Shown piece by piece: positions 21,073-32,501 of a stretch of DNA of 64,000 bases. The position numbers and the translations under genes were made by a program. Source of the DNA: an uncultured Alphaproteobacteria bacterium (lineage in GTDB: Bacteria; Pseudomonadota; Alphaproteobacteria; Acetobacterales; Acetobacteraceae); NCBI GenBank assembly GCA_963750235.1, contig CAVVPW010000001.1:105405-169404 (forward strand). Direction: 5' to 3'. The notes below the pieces were generated by a model that saw only the letters and a list, made by a program, of their open reading frames with translations, was not told where the DNA came from and did no database searches. Numbering within the stretch: the stretch's first letter is position 1; every line of letters starts with the position of its first letter.

Positions 21073-22384
21073 TCAAACACGATTTTTCAAAAAATCCACA
21101 AAATGTCCAAACCAGCCGCGGCCCCGTTCGACATCGAAATTAATGTCCTGCATGTTCTGGCCATCGCCCGTGGCAAAGGCGAGCAGCCCGATCAACGTTG
21201 CGAAATTGGGAGCATTGGCCGAGTCGGGCAAGGCAATCACTTCACCTGGGCGGCCAAGCCGCACATGCCTGTCAAGAATCTGCGCTGCCAGTTCACGCAC
21301 GCCGCCAAGCTGCGACGCGCCGCCAGTGAGCACCACGCGCACACCGCCCGCGCGGCCTAGCCCCGCGGTTTCCAGCTGGTCCTTCACCAGTTCGAAAATC
21401 TCCTCGAATTCGCGGACGGACGCAGGAAATGAGATGCGAGCGCGGCATCTGCGCGATCTGGTGCTCGGCCTCGCCCACCATCGGCACCGGCAGCAGCTCG
21501 CGCGAATCGTCGGGGCTTGAATGGCAATTTCCAAACAGTGCCTTCAACCGCTCCGCATGCGCAATAGACGTGGAGAGTCCCTGCGCAATGTCGGTGGTCA
21601 CATGGTTGCCACCCACCGGGATCTGCGCCGTGTGCAGCACCTGCCCCTCGGAGAATACCGCGATGGTGGTGGTGCCACCGCCCATGTCAATCACCGTGGT
21701 GCCGAGTTCGCGTTCATCCCCCACCAGCGAAGCGAGACCAGAGGCCAGCGGCGCGGAGACCAGCCCCGCGATATCCAGCTCACAGCGCGAGAGGCAGGCG
21801 GAGAGCGTGCGCAACGCCGTGTTGCCGGCGTCGATGACATGCAGCTGCGCGGTGAGCGTGTTGCAGAACAGCCCGCGCGGGTCGGTGATGCCCAACGTCT
21901 CGTCGGTGGAAAAGCTCAGCGGCAGCGCGTGGATCGTCGCGCGGCCATCGGCGGCGGCGCGTGCGCGTGCCTCGCGCACCACGCGGCGGATGTCATCGGC
22001 AGTCACCGCGCGGCCATCCACCGGCCATTGCACGTTGAACAGGCGCGATTCCGGCTGGCCGCAGGAGAGGTTCACGTAAACGGATTTGAGCCGCATATCC
22101 GCGAGCTCCTCCGCCGTGCCCACGGCGGCGCGGATCGCCCGCTCCGCGGCATCCAGGTCCACAATGCCGCCGGACTTGATCCCCTGGCTCTTCTGCCAGC
22201 CAAAGCCAAGCGAACGCAGCCGTCCATCCGATTCCGCGCGGCCGATCAGGCAGGCGATCTTGGTCGAGCCGATGTCGAGCACCCCGAACGGGCCGGAACG
22301 GACCCTGCGCGCGCGCGGCACATCATCCGTTTGCAACTTCGCGGGCGTCTCAACAGCGGGCGGGCGGCGTGTCATGCTACTCAT
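21073..22384 (-). CDS. ftsA: Cell division protein FtsA; +1 frameshift as sequenced at about 21407
   Basis: LDIGSTK, IDMGGGTT in one frame; EEIFELV...LTGGASQL...FLKNRV in another; removing one base gives 437 codons. Confidence 0.92.
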
Positions 22385-23369
22385 GTTTCTGCGTCGCTCC
22401 CTGTTTCGCCGGCGCTGGCGGCGCTGGCACCGGATAAGGCTTCACCACCAGCCGCCCCGCCTGGCGCAGATCGATCACCTCGACCGGCCGGTCGAGCAGC
22501 TGCAAACTGGTCTGCAGCGCGGCAAGCTGGCCAATGGCGGCATCCTCGTTCTCGGCAGGCAGCTTCACCACCGTCTGGTTCTTGAGAATGAGATTCCATC
22601 GCAGCCCATCCACGCGCTGCGCCGCCGCAACATGCGAGAGCACGGCGGGCGCCGCCTGCAATTCGGTGACGAACGTGCTGGCATTGGCCGGCGCATCGTC
22701 ACCCGAAAGCAGCAGAAGCGAGGGTTCGCGCCGCTTCGCCTCGGCGGCGTCCTGGTCAGCGATGATATTGCCCTGCTTGTCGATGACCACGAATTTCGTC
22801 TGGCCGTTGCTCACGGTTTGCCAGATCGCATAGACATTGCGCTCGGTCACGGTCACCACCAGCGTGCCCGGCAACTCGCGCGAGACCACGGCGCTCTGAA
22901 CCGGCCCAAGCTGCTCAACCCGGTCGCGGATCCCCTGTAGCGAAAACCCCAGCGTCGGGTCGCCAGGCTTCACGCCGATCGCCTGCCGCAGCAAATCCGG
23001 GTCGGTGGTGCGGGCGCCGTTGATCTGCACGCTGGTGACGCGCAAACCAAGGTCAGCGGCAAAATCCGCCAGCGGCGAGGACGAAGGCGCGGCAACGGCG
23101 GCAGTCTCCACAGCTCGCGGCGCGGGTGCTGCGGACGGCAGGCTGCGCACCAGCTCGAACCCGACGATGAACATGGAAGCGATAACGAGGAACCACAGCC
23201 CGGGCTTCAGGCTGCGCTTGACGCGGCGGAAAAACAGCTTGCGCTGCGTCAGCCGGTCCTGCGGCGGTGGCGGCTTGCGCGCGCGTGAGGTACGCGGACG
23301 CTGCGCCGTCACGTCCAGCCGCGACGTCGCGGAAATATCGATCGGTGGCGGCGTGGCTACACGCGGCAT
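22377..23369 (-). CDS. ftsQ: Cell division protein FtsQ
   Basis: Single TM helix, POTRA-like region, RWNLIL, IDLRQ; position between ddl and ftsA. Confidence 0.88.
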   Translation of the reverse strand: MPRVATPPPIDISATSRLDVTAQRPRTSRARKPPPPQDRLTQRKLFFRRVKRSLKPGLWFLVIASMFIVGFELVRSLPSAAPAPRAVETAAVAAPSSSPLADFAADLGLRVTSVQINGARTTDPDLLRQAIGVKPGDPTLGFSLQGIRDRVEQLGPVQSAVVSRELPGTLVVTVTERNVYAIWQTVSNGQTKFVVIDKQGNIIADQDAAEAKRREPSLLLLSGDDAPANASTFVTELQAAPAVLSHVAAAQRVDGLRWNLILKNQTVVKLPAENEDAAIGQLAALQTSLQLLDRPVEVIDLRQAGRLVVKPYPVPAPPAPAKQGATQKHE

Positions 23370-24262
23370 GCCGCCCTCTCAACCATCCAGGCACAGAGCG
23401 CGGGAAAATCCATGCCGGCATAAGCCGCCTGTTCCGGCAGCAGAGAAGTGGGGGTCAGTCCCGGCTGGGTGTTCACCTCCAGCAGCACCAGCCGGCCGGT
23501 CTCGTCGTCGTAGCGCAGATCCGCGCGCGAAGCCCCCCGGCACCCCAGCGCCCGGTGCGCCGCGAGCGCAATGTCCATCGCCTGCCGCGCCACATCCTCG
23601 GGGATTTCCGCCGGCACCACATGGCGCGAGCCGCCAGCGGCATACTTGGCGTGGTAGTCGTAGAATTTCTCGGTGGGCAGGATCTCCGTCACCGTCAGGG
23701 CATGGTCTTCCAGCACACCAACGGTCAGCTCCCGCCCCGGAATATACTGCTCCACCATGGCCGGGCCGTAATGCCAACTGGCCACGACCTCGGCGCGGTT
23801 GTTATCGCCAGCCCGGACGATGGACACGCCAACCGACGAGCCCTCATTCACCGGCTTCACCACATAGGGGGGCGGCAGCGGGTCATGGTCGGCCAGCTCC
23901 GCAATGTCGATAATCCGGTGCGGCGCCACCGGCAGCCCGGCGGCGGCGAACACTGCCTTGGCGGCGGCCTTGTCCATGGCCAGCGCCGAGGCCCGCACGC
24001 CGGAATGGGTATAGGGAATGCCCATATAGTCGAGCACGCCCTGGATCGTGCCATCCTCGCCGAAGGGCCCGTGCAGCGCGTTGAACACCACATCCGGGCG
24101 CGGGGTGAGCGCCTTGAGCAACGCGCCGAGATCCTCCGTCACCTCGACGGCCGTCACCTCGAACCCGGCCTTCTCCAGCGCCGCGACCACCTGGGCGCCG
24201 GAGCGGCGGGAAACCTCGCTCTCCGACGACATGCCACCAAGAAGAACAGCCACACGCGTCAT
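23357..24262 (-). CDS. ddl: D-alanine--D-alanine ligase
   Basis: [32 protein letters not shown]. Confidence 0.97.
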   Translation of the reverse strand: MTRVAVLLGGMSSESEVSRRSGAQVVAALEKAGFEVTAVEVTEDLGALLKALTPRPDVVFNALHGPFGEDGTIQGVLDYMGIPYTHSGVRASALAMDKAAAKAVFAAAGLPVAPHRIIDIAELADHDPLPPPYVVKPVNEGSSVGVSIVRAGDNNRAEVVASWHYGPAMVEQYIPGRELTVGVLEDHALTVTEILPTEKFYDYHAKYAAGGSRHVVPAEIPEDVARQAMDIALAAHRALGCRGASRADLRYDDETGRLVLLEVNTQPGLTPTSLLPEQAAYAGMDFPALCAWMVERAACRV

Positions 24263-25152
24263 GCCGGCACTCCAATCCGTCTAATTTCCCAACGCAGCGC
24301 CACGCCGGAATTCTCCTGCACGCGCCGCCTCACCTCTTCACCCAGGCCCTCCAGCTCGGCGGCCGTGGCCTCGCCCAAATTCAGCAGGAAATTGCAGTGC
24401 AATTCCGAAACCTGCGCCTGGCCCCTGGTCAGCCCCCGGCAGCCTGCCGCGTCAATCAGCTCCCAAGCCTTCTGTCCTTCCGGGTTGGCGAAGGTGGAGC
24501 CGCCCGTGCGTGCCCGCACCGGCTGGCTCGCTTCGCGCCTGGATTTGATCTCCGCCATCTTCGCGCCGATCAGCGCCGGCTCGCCCGGCCGCGCCCGCAG
24601 CTTTGCCCGCACCACCACGGAATCCGGCGGCAGATTGGCATGGCGGTAGGAGAGACCAAGGTCTTCCGCCTTCACGCGGATCAACTCCCCCGCGCGGGTG
24701 ACAATCTCGGCCCAGTCCAGCACCTGCGCGATCTCGCCGCCATAGGCGCCAGCATTCATCGCCACCGCGCCGCCGATGGTGCCGGGAATCCCCGAGAGAA
24801 ATTCCAGCCCGGTCAGCCCGGCCTCGGCCGCATGTTCCGACACCGTGACATCCAGAGCCGCTGCTCCGGCGATGATCGCTTCATCTTCCACCACCACATC
24901 GCCAAAGCCGCGCGCCAGCTTGATGACAACGCCATGGATGCCGCCATCGCGCACGATTAGGTTGGAGGCAGCACCTATCACCGTCACCGGCATTTCCAGC
25001 GGCAATTCCTTCAGGAAGGCGCAGAGATCCTCCACATCCGCCGGGCGCAGCAGGAATTCCGCTGGCCCGCCGACGCGGAACCACGTCATCGGCGCCAACG
25101 GCGCATGCTCGGCCAGGCGGCCGCGCGTGGCGGGGATCACCGCCGCGATCAC
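24259..25152 (-). CDS. murB: UDP-N-acetylenolpyruvoylglucosamine reductase
   Basis: [33 protein letters not shown]; GTG start overlapping the murC stop. Confidence 0.95.
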   Translation of the reverse strand: MIAAVIPATRGRLAEHAPLAPMTWFRVGGPAEFLLRPADVEDLCAFLKELPLEMPVTVIGAASNLIVRDGGIHGVVIKLARGFGDVVVEDEAIIAGAAALDVTVSEHAAEAGLTGLEFLSGIPGTIGGAVAMNAGAYGGEIAQVLDWAEIVTRAGELIRVKAEDLGLSYRHANLPPDSVVVRAKLRARPGEPALIGAKMAEIKSRREASQPVRARTGGSTFANPEGQKAWELIDAAGCRGLTRGQAQVSELHCNFLLNLGEATAAELEGLGEEVRRRVQENSGVALRWEIRRIGVPA

Positions 25153-26585
25153 CGGCGTACCCCAGCGGCACGCGCTGCGTTCTGCAACTCCACCAGCTGC
25201 GCCGGCAGCGCCGCGGCCCATTGTGTGATATTTCCAGCACCCAGGCACACCACGTAGTCGCCGTGCCGGGCGATCGCGTGCACCATCTCGGCCAGATGCG
25301 ATGGATCGGAGAGCGCCACCACCTGCCGGTGCCCGCGCGCGCGCAAGCCTTCGACGAGCGCTTCCTTGTCCACGCCCTCGATCGGCTGCTCGCCCGCGGC
25401 ATACACATCGGCCACGATCACCGTGCCCGCATCGTTCATGCAGGTGCAGAATTCCTCGAACAACGATTGCAGCCGGGTGTAGCGGTGCGGCTGCACCACC
25501 GCGATCACATCCCGCGCGCCCGCCTGCCGCGCCGCCTTCAGCACTGCGGCGATCTCCACCGGGTGGTGCCCGTAATCGTCGATCACGGCGATCCCGCCCG
25601 CCTCGCCGGTCTTGGTGAAGCGCCGCTTCACGCCAGCGAAATTGGCCAGCGCCACCTTGATGTGCAACTCGTCGATCTCCATCTCCGTCGCCACGGTGAT
25701 CGCCGCCAGCGCGTTCTGCACATTGTGGTTCCCCAGCATCGGCAGCTTGAAGGGCCCCATCCGGCGCGCGCGGCCGGTAATGCGGTCGGAGATGCGCACC
25801 TCGAAGCTGGCCCCATCCTTCGAGGAGATGATGCGTTCGGCGCGCACATCCGCCTGCGGCGAAAACCCGTAGGTGATCACGCGGTGATCCGAGAGCGAAG
25901 GGATCATCTGCTGCACCGCCGGATGGTCGATGCACAGCACCGCGAAACCATAGAACGGAATGTTGGAGACGAATTGCCGGTACCCGGCTTCCATCGCCTC
26001 CTTGGTGTGCCAATGGTCCAGATGCTCCGGGTCCATGTTGGTGACGATGGTGATCACCGCCGGCAGGCGCAGGAAGCTGCCGTCGGATTCATCCGCCTCC
26101 ACCACCATCCAGTCGCCCTTGCCCAGGCGCGTGTTGGAGCCATAGGCGTTGATGATGCCGCCATTGATGACGGTCGGGTCGAACCCGGCACCTTCCAGCA
26201 CCGCCGCGACCAGCGAGGTCGTGGTGGTCTTGCCATGCGTGCCGCCGATGGCCACGGCCCATTTCAGGCGCATCAGCTCAGCCAGCATTTCCGCGCGCCG
26301 CACCACGGGGATCAGCTTGCGCCGTGCCGCCAGCACTTCGGGATTGTCCTTGGGCACGGCGGTGGAAATCACCACCACCTGCGCGGCACCAAGGTTATTC
26401 GCGTCATGCCCGATGGCGACGGGAATCCCCGCCTTCCGCAGGCGAGCCACATTGGCGTTCTCGGCAATATCCGAACCCTGCACCTGATAGCCCAGCTCGT
26501 GCAGCACTTCGGCGATGCCCGACATGCCGATGCCGCCAATGCCAACAAAATGCAGCGGCCCGATGGAAAGCGGCAGCGCCCTCAT
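25149..26585 (-). CDS. murC: UDP-N-acetylmuramate--L-alanine ligase
   Basis: [31 protein letters not shown]. Confidence 0.97.
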   Translation of the reverse strand: MRALPLSIGPLHFVGIGGIGMSGIAEVLHELGYQVQGSDIAENANVARLRKAGIPVAIGHDANNLGAAQVVVISTAVPKDNPEVLAARRKLIPVVRRAEMLAELMRLKWAVAIGGTHGKTTTTSLVAAVLEGAGFDPTVINGGIINAYGSNTRLGKGDWMVVEADESDGSFLRLPAVITIVTNMDPEHLDHWHTKEAMEAGYRQFVSNIPFYGFAVLCIDHPAVQQMIPSLSDHRVITYGFSPQADVRAERIISSKDGASFEVRISDRITGRARRMGPFKLPMLGNHNVQNALAAITVATEMEIDELHIKVALANFAGVKRRFTKTGEAGGIAVIDDYGHHPVEIAAVLKAARQAGARDVIAVVQPHRYTRLQSLFEEFCTCMNDAGTVIVADVYAAGEQPIEGVDKEALVEGLRARGHRQVVALSDPSHLAEMVHAIARHGDYVVCLGAGNITQWAAALPAQLVELQNAARAAGVRR

Positions 26586-27688
26586 GCCTCGGCTCCTTGC
26601 TGTACGAGGTCAGCCAGCTTTGCTGCGGCATCCACGCGCCCGGCCCGCGCGCACACCACGGCGGCATTCGTCAGAGAATCAAAATCCATCAGCAAAGTCT
26701 CAATCTTTTCAGCCAATATTTCGGGTGTCAGCCCGGCCTGGTCCAACCGCCACGCTCCGCCCGCCGCGGCCAGCGCGTCGGCATTGGCGCGCTGGTGGTC
26801 ATCGATCGCCGTCGGCAGCGGAATGAAAATCGCCGGCCGCCCCGCCACGGCAATTTCCGCCACGGTGGAGGCCCCTGCCCGCGCGATAACGAGATGCGCC
26901 TTGGTCAGCAGCGAGGCGACATCGGTAAAAAACGGCGACAGCTCGACGGAAATCCCCGCCAGCTTGAACACCTGCCGCGCGGTCTCGATCTCCTCCACCC
27001 GGCATTGCTGCGTCACATGCAGCCGGTGGCGCAACGCCTCGGGCAGCCGCGCCAGCGCCTCGGGGATCAGCGTGCCAAACACTTTCGCGCCAAGGGAACC
27101 GCCCAGAACCAGCAGCTCGATCCGCTCCTCCGGCGGGGCATAGCCCTCGCCGTGCAGCGCCACGATGGGCTGACGCACCGGATTGCCCAGCACGCGGGTC
27201 TTCACGCCGCTCGGCACCAGCTTGGTGTTGGCGAAGTTCAGCGCCAGCACATCGGCAAAGCGCGAGAGCAGCTTGTTCGCCCGGCCCAGCACCGCGTTCT
27301 GCTCGTGCAGGATCACGCGCGGCCTGCCCCCGAACATCGTCGCCGCCGCCAGCACCGGCGGCACGGAAGGATAGCCGCCAAACGCCACCACGGCGGAAGG
27401 CCGCAACTGGCGCAGCAGGCCCCGCGCCTCGAATACCCCGCGCAGCAGCGCCAGGGCGCCCCGCGCCGCGCGCTTGAACCCGCGCCCGGAGAGCCCCGCG
27501 CCCGAGATCACATGCCGCTCCGCCCGCGCGAATACCGGCGAAGTCAGTCCGCCCGAGCGCGCATCAGTCAACAGCACCACACGCTCGCCCCGGTGCAACA
27601 ATTCTGCAGCCAAAGCTTCAGCAGGAAAGAAATGCCCACCCGTGCCGCCAGCCGCGATCACAACGGGTTTCGGCGCCCCGGCTCTCAT
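26582..27688 (-). CDS. murG: MurG glycosyltransferase
   Basis: [32 protein letters not shown]; start refined to ATG 27688. Confidence 0.96.
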   Translation of the reverse strand: MRAGAPKPVVIAAGGTGGHFFPAEALAAELLHRGERVVLLTDARSGGLTSPVFARAERHVISGAGLSGRGFKRAARGALALLRGVFEARGLLRQLRPSAVVAFGGYPSVPPVLAAATMFGGRPRVILHEQNAVLGRANKLLSRFADVLALNFANTKLVPSGVKTRVLGNPVRQPIVALHGEGYAPPEERIELLVLGGSLGAKVFGTLIPEALARLPEALRHRLHVTQQCRVEEIETARQVFKLAGISVELSPFFTDVASLLTKAHLVIARAGASTVAEIAVAGRPAIFIPLPTAIDDHQRANADALAAAGGAWRLDQAGLTPEILAEKIETLLMDFDSLTNAAVVCARAGRVDAAAKLADLVQQGAEA

Positions 27689-28800
27689 GCGCCCTCCCCG
27701 GCATGGCGCCTGCGCGTCAGCGCCAGCAAAAAGCCCATCTGGATGGACACGGCCAGCGCCGAGCTGCCGCCATAGGAGAGGAACGGCAGCGTCATGCCTT
27801 TGGTCGGGATCAGCGACAGCGACGACGCCATGTTCACGAAGGCCTGCAGCCCGAAGCCGACGACCAGACCACCCGCCGCCAGCACCACGAACAGGTTCGG
27901 TTCCGCCAGCAGCCGGAACAGCGCACGGAGCACAATGGCGGCAAACACCAGGATGATGAAGGCGCAAAAGAACAACCCGAACTCTTCGCCCGCCACGGCG
28001 AACACGAAGTCCGCGCGCGCATCCGGCAGGAAGTGTTTCACCTGCCCCTCTCCCGGCCCCAGCCCCCACATGCCGCCATTGCCAAACGCCATCAGCGCCG
28101 TCTGCGCCTGGCTGCCCTTTGGCGGGTCGATGAACATCATCACGCGCGTATGCACATGGGTAATGAAGAAGAACGCATAGACCAGCGCCAGCACCACCAG
28201 CAGGGTGGCAATGCCGATCCATTTCATATCCATGCCGTCGAGGTAGAATTGCGCCAGCACGACCATGGTGAACAGGAAGGTCATGCCGATATCCGGCTGC
28301 ATCTTCAGCACCAGGGCGGTGAGCAGATACACGCCCAAAGCAGCGCGCTTGCCCGGGAACCCCGGCGTGCGGCGCGATTCCGCGATCAGCCAGGCGGTGA
28401 TAATGACAAAGGCCGGACGCAGGAACTCGCTCGGCTGAACGGTGAGGCCTGGCAAGGCGAGCCAGCGGTTGGCGCCGTCCACCTCGGTGCCATGCACCAG
28501 GGTAAAGCCTGTGAGCAGGAAGAACACAATGCCCATCCCCAGCGCCGCCAGCTTCACCTGGCGCAGGGAGAGCATGGACATACCCAGCATCGTCACCCCG
28601 CTCAACAGCAGGAAGAAGATCTGCTTGATCATCGCCAGCGTGTGCGGGTCGGTGATATGCGTGGTCGCGCCCGTCATGGCGGCCAGCGCCAGCACGTAGC
28701 CAATGCCCAGCAAAATGCCGAGGCCGAGCAGCGTAACCCGGTCCACGCTCCACCACCAGCGGCCCAGTATCGATGTATCGGCGCGGGAGAGCGGGCGCAT
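27685..28800 (-). CDS. ftsW: Peptidoglycan glycosyltransferase FtsW
   Basis: RWWWSVD, QPSEF, QPDIG, DFVFAV, PTKGMTLPFLSYGGS; start refined to ATG 28800. Confidence 0.95.
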   Translation of the reverse strand: MRPLSRADTSILGRWWWSVDRVTLLGLGILLGIGYVLALAAMTGATTHITDPHTLAMIKQIFFLLLSGVTMLGMSMLSLRQVKLAALGMGIVFFLLTGFTLVHGTEVDGANRWLALPGLTVQPSEFLRPAFVIITAWLIAESRRTPGFPGKRAALGVYLLTALVLKMQPDIGMTFLFTMVVLAQFYLDGMDMKWIGIATLLVVLALVYAFFFITHVHTRVMMFIDPPKGSQAQTALMAFGNGGMWGLGPGEGQVKHFLPDARADFVFAVAGEEFGLFFCAFIILVFAAIVLRALFRLLAEPNLFVVLAAGGLVVGFGLQAFVNMASSLSLIPTKGMTLPFLSYGGSSALAVSIQMGFLLALTRRRHAGEGA

Positions 28801-30086
28801 CACGCGGCAACTCCCTTGGCCAGTCTGGCGAACACGTCGCCGCGGACCTCGAAATTCGGGAACTGATCGAAGCTCGCCGCGGCCGGGGAGAACAGCACGA
28901 CCCCCGACCCCGCCTTCGCCGCCTCGAAAGCCAAGGGCAGCGCCGCTTCCAGCGTGCCCGCATATTCGTTCGCCACGCCGTGCTGGCTCAGCTTGGCGGC
29001 AAAGGCCCGGCCATCCTGACCGATCAGGAAGGCTTTCTCGATGCGCGGGAAAAGCAGTTCCAGATCGTCGACCCCGCCCGCCTTCGCCACCCCGCCCGCG
29101 ATCCATACGAAGCGGTCGTAGCAAGCCATGGCGCGGCTGGCGGCGTCGGCGTTGGTCGCCTTGCTGTCGTTGATGAAGCGCACGCCTTCGCGCAGCGCCA
29201 CCTCCTGCGCCCGGTGGGCGAGGCCCGGGAAGCTCCTGATCCCCTCGGCGATCGCTGCTTCGCCCACGCCCAGGGCGCGGGCCAGCGCGGCGGCGGCTTC
29301 GGCGTTCTGCGCGTTATGCTCGCCCGGCAGCGCCTTGGCGCCTGTGGCCCGGCCCAGTCCGGAAATCCGCACCAGCTTGGCTGGCTGGGTCTGAAGCCAC
29401 TCCGCCATCTCGCGCGAGGGCTCGTCATCCACCCCGATCACCGCCGTGCAGTCCGCATCCTGGCGCGCGAAGATCGCCCGCTTGGCGGCGGCATAGCCGG
29501 CCAGGTCGCCATGGCGGTCCAGATGGTCGGGCGAGAGATTCAGCATCACCGCGGCATCAAACCGGAGTGTCACGATTCGTTCCAACATATAGCTGGACAT
29601 TTCGAGCACATAGACGCCGTCATCCGGCAGAATCGGCAGGGAAAGCGCCGCCGGGCCCAGATTCGCCCCCGCCGCGTTCGGCACGCCGGCCACGTTGAGG
29701 ATATGCGCCAGCAGTGCGGTCGTGGTGGATTTGCCGTTGGTCCCGGTGATCCCGGCAAAGCGCGCCTTGGAGTCCAGCCCCCGCACCGCCCGGTAAAGCA
29801 GCTCGGCATCCGTGAGCACCGGCACGCCTCGGGCCAGCGCCCAGGCGGCTTCCGGGTGCGGCTTGGGCAGAATGTGCGGAATGCCGGGCGAGAGCACCAC
29901 CGCGTCCAGATGCCCCGTAACCTCGGAGGGTTTGCACACCGCAAATCCCTCGGCGGCAGCGCGGGACGCCTCATTATCGTCCCAAACGAACACCTCGGCG
30001 CCGAACTCGCGCAGGCGAAGTGCCGCCGGCAGCCCGGCCCGCCCGAGCCCAAGCACCGCGAAACGCTGGCCGGAGAACACGCTCAT
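28800..30086 (-). CDS. murD: UDP-MurNAc-L-Ala--D-Glu ligase
   Basis: [33 protein letters not shown]; start refined to ATG 30086. Confidence 0.96.
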   Translation of the reverse strand: MSVFSGQRFAVLGLGRAGLPAALRLREFGAEVFVWDDNEASRAAAEGFAVCKPSEVTGHLDAVVLSPGIPHILPKPHPEAAWALARGVPVLTDAELLYRAVRGLDSKARFAGITGTNGKSTTTALLAHILNVAGVPNAAGANLGPAALSLPILPDDGVYVLEMSSYMLERIVTLRFDAAVMLNLSPDHLDRHGDLAGYAAAKRAIFARQDADCTAVIGVDDEPSREMAEWLQTQPAKLVRISGLGRATGAKALPGEHNAQNAEAAAALARALGVGEAAIAEGIRSFPGLAHRAQEVALREGVRFINDSKATNADAASRAMACYDRFVWIAGGVAKAGGVDDLELLFPRIEKAFLIGQDGRAFAAKLSQHGVANEYAGTLEAALPLAFEAAKAGSGVVLFSPAAASFDQFPNFEVRGDVFARLAKGVAA

Positions 30087-31171
30087 CGGATTTTCAGGGT
30101 GGCCAGCCCCACCAGCCCCAGGATCATCGAGATAATCCAGAAACGGATGACTATGGTCGGTTCCGCCCAGCCTTTCTTCTCGAAATGATGGTGCAGCGGC
30201 GCCATCAGGAACACGCGCCGCCCCGTGCGCTTGTACCAGAACACCTGCACGATGACCGAGATGGTCTCCACCACGAACAGCCCGCCGACAATGGCGAGCA
30301 CAATCTCGTTCTTGGTCGCCACGGCGACCGCCCCCAGCGCGCCGCCCAGCGAGAGCGAGCCGGTATCGCCCATGAACACCGCTGCCGGGGGCGCGTTGAA
30401 CCACAGGAAGCCGAGCCCCGCGCCGATCAGCGCCGAGAGGAACACCGCCAACTCGCCCACGCCGGGCATGAAGTTGACCTCCAGATAACCGGCGAAAATC
30501 TTGTTGCCCACCAGATAGGCGATGAGCGCGAACACCGCGGCGGCGATCATCGTCGGCACGGTGGCGAGGCCGTCCAGCCCGTCGGTGAAGTTCACCGCAT
30601 TGGCCGAGCCCATCATCACGAACAGCGCCACGAACGGGAACAGAAAACCGAACGGAATCAACAGGCTCTTGAACACCGGCACGGCGAGGTCGGTGGCGAT
30701 GGCGCCGGGCATCAGGTGGATCATCCACACCGCCGCAACCAAGCCGATCAGCCCCTCGCCCAGCAGCCGCACCCGGCCCGAGACGCCCTTGGTGTTACGC
30801 TTGGTCAGCTTGAGGAAGTCATCGGCGAAGCCGATCCCCCCGTAGCCGAAGGTGACCATCAGCGTCGCCCACACATAGCCGTTGCCGAGGTCCGCCCAGA
30901 GCAGGGTGGAGAAGCCCAGCGCCAGCAGAATCAGCACGCCGCCCATGGTCGGCGTGCCCTTTTTCTCGATCAGATGCCGCTCCGGCCCATCGGTGCGAAT
31001 CGGCTGGCCGTGGCGCTGCATGGCCTTCAGGGTGCGGATCACCTTCGGCCCGAGCCAGAAGCTGATGACGAGCGCCGTCAGGCACGCTCCGCCCGCCCGG
31101 AAGGTGATGTACCTGAACAGGTTGAAAAAATGCACATGCCCGGCGAGCGGGAAGAGTAAAGCGTAAAGCAT
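30083..31171 (-). CDS. mraY: Phospho-N-acetylmuramoyl-pentapeptide transferase
   Basis: [35 protein letters not shown]. Confidence 0.98.
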   Translation of the reverse strand: MLYALLFPLAGHVHFFNLFRYITFRAGGACLTALVISFWLGPKVIRTLKAMQRHGQPIRTDGPERHLIEKKGTPTMGGVLILLALGFSTLLWADLGNGYVWATLMVTFGYGGIGFADDFLKLTKRNTKGVSGRVRLLGEGLIGLVAAVWMIHLMPGAIATDLAVPVFKSLLIPFGFLFPFVALFVMMGSANAVNFTDGLDGLATVPTMIAAAVFALIAYLVGNKIFAGYLEVNFMPGVGELAVFLSALIGAGLGFLWFNAPPAAVFMGDTGSLSLGGALGAVAVATKNEIVLAIVGGLFVVETISVIVQVFWYKRTGRRVFLMAPLHHHFEKKGWAEPTIVIRFWIISMILGLVGLATLKIR

Positions 31172-32501
31172 CAGCCGGGGCTTTCCAGATGCGAGATGAC
31201 GTCACGCATACGGCTGCCATAACTTCCCTTCACCAGCACGGTGTCGCCGTCCACCAACGCGGCTTTGACCAGCGGAGCCAGGGTAGCGGCGTCAGGCGCA
31301 TGCGCGCCCTGTTTGGCCGGGGGAAGCGAGTTCGAACAAGGCTTTGCTTTGCATTCCGCAGGCAAAAACAACATCCGCGCCCTGGGTCAATGCCGGGAGC
31401 AGGGCTAAATGCTCGTCGCGGGCGTGGTCGCCCAACTCCAGCATGTCCCCCAGCACAGCCACATGCCGCCCAGGTTGCAGCGCCAGCACCGCCAAGGCCG
31501 CGCGCATCGAGGCACCGGAGGCGTTGTAGCTATCGTCCAGCAGCAGGACCGTGCCGCCCTCCTGCAGCATCAGCTCGCGCCGCGCCCCGCGCCCGGCGAA
31601 GGGCGCAAAACCGTCCAGTCCGGCGGCGGCCTGCTGCGCGTCCAGCCCCAGCGCCACGGCGGCGGCCAGCACGGCGATGGCGTTGCGGGCCATGTGCAGC
31701 CCTGGCGCCAAGAGCGTGAAGCGCACCGCGACGCCATGGATTTCGGCTTCAATATCAGAGCTTTCCGGACCTTCTTTCACCTTCACCAGCCGGGCCTCAT
31801 GGCCGCAGACAACCGCCTCCCGCCCTTTTGGCACCGCTTCGCGCAACAGCTGAACAAAGGCCGAATCGCCGGGAATTACCGCCGTGCCACCCGGCTCCAG
31901 CCCGCCATAGATCGCGGCCTTCTCCCGCGCGATCGCCTCTTCCGAACCCATCAGCCCCAGATGCGCCCTGTCCACGCAGGTCACCACCGCGACATGCGGA
32001 CGCACCAGCGCCACCAGCGGCGCGATCTCGCCGGGATGGTTCATGCCGATCTCGAACACCCCGAAATCCATACCCTGCGGCATCCGTGCCAGGGTCAGCG
32101 GCACACCGATATGGTTGTTGAAGCTGGCCTCGGCCGCATGCACGGCGCCAAAGGCGCCCAAGGTCCGGCGCAGCATCTCCTTGGTCGTGGTCTTGCCAAC
32201 GCTGCCGGTCACCGCCACGATCTTCGCTTCCGTCCGCGCCCGTGCCGCAGCACCCAGCTGTTCCAGCGCCTTCAGCGTGTCATCCACCACTATGGCGTTG
32301 CCCGCCATGGGGCGCGAGACCAACGCCGCCGCCGCGCCCTTGGCGAAAGCCGCCTCCACGAAATTATGCCCGTCCCGCTCTCCTGCAAGCGCCACGAACA
32401 AATCCCCCGGCTGCAAGGTGCGCGTGTCGATCGAAATGCCAGAGACCTCAAACCCAATGCCGAACAGGGCTCGGAGTTCGTCCGATGTCCAGAGGCTCAG
32501 T
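31171..32501 (-). CDS. murF: MurF ligase; as sequenced fused in frame to MurE and frameshifted near its C-terminus (about 31331)
   Basis: [43 protein letters not shown]; VLVKGSYG lies in another frame. Confidence 0.9.

Noticed and set aside
21401-21415. Programmed ribosomal frameshifting in ftsA or murF
   Set aside because: No slippery heptamer or stimulatory structure; a single-base error at GANTC explains both sites more simply.
24259-26013. 584-aa ORF suggesting an N-terminally extended MurB
   Set aside because: The extension is an alternative frame of murC; the real start is GTG 25152, overlapping the murC stop.
26582-30728. Oversized murG (793 aa), ftsW (479 aa) and murD (642 aa) ORFs suggesting fusions
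   Set aside because: The extensions are off-frame read-throughs of upstream genes; each has a normal ATG at a stop/start overlap.
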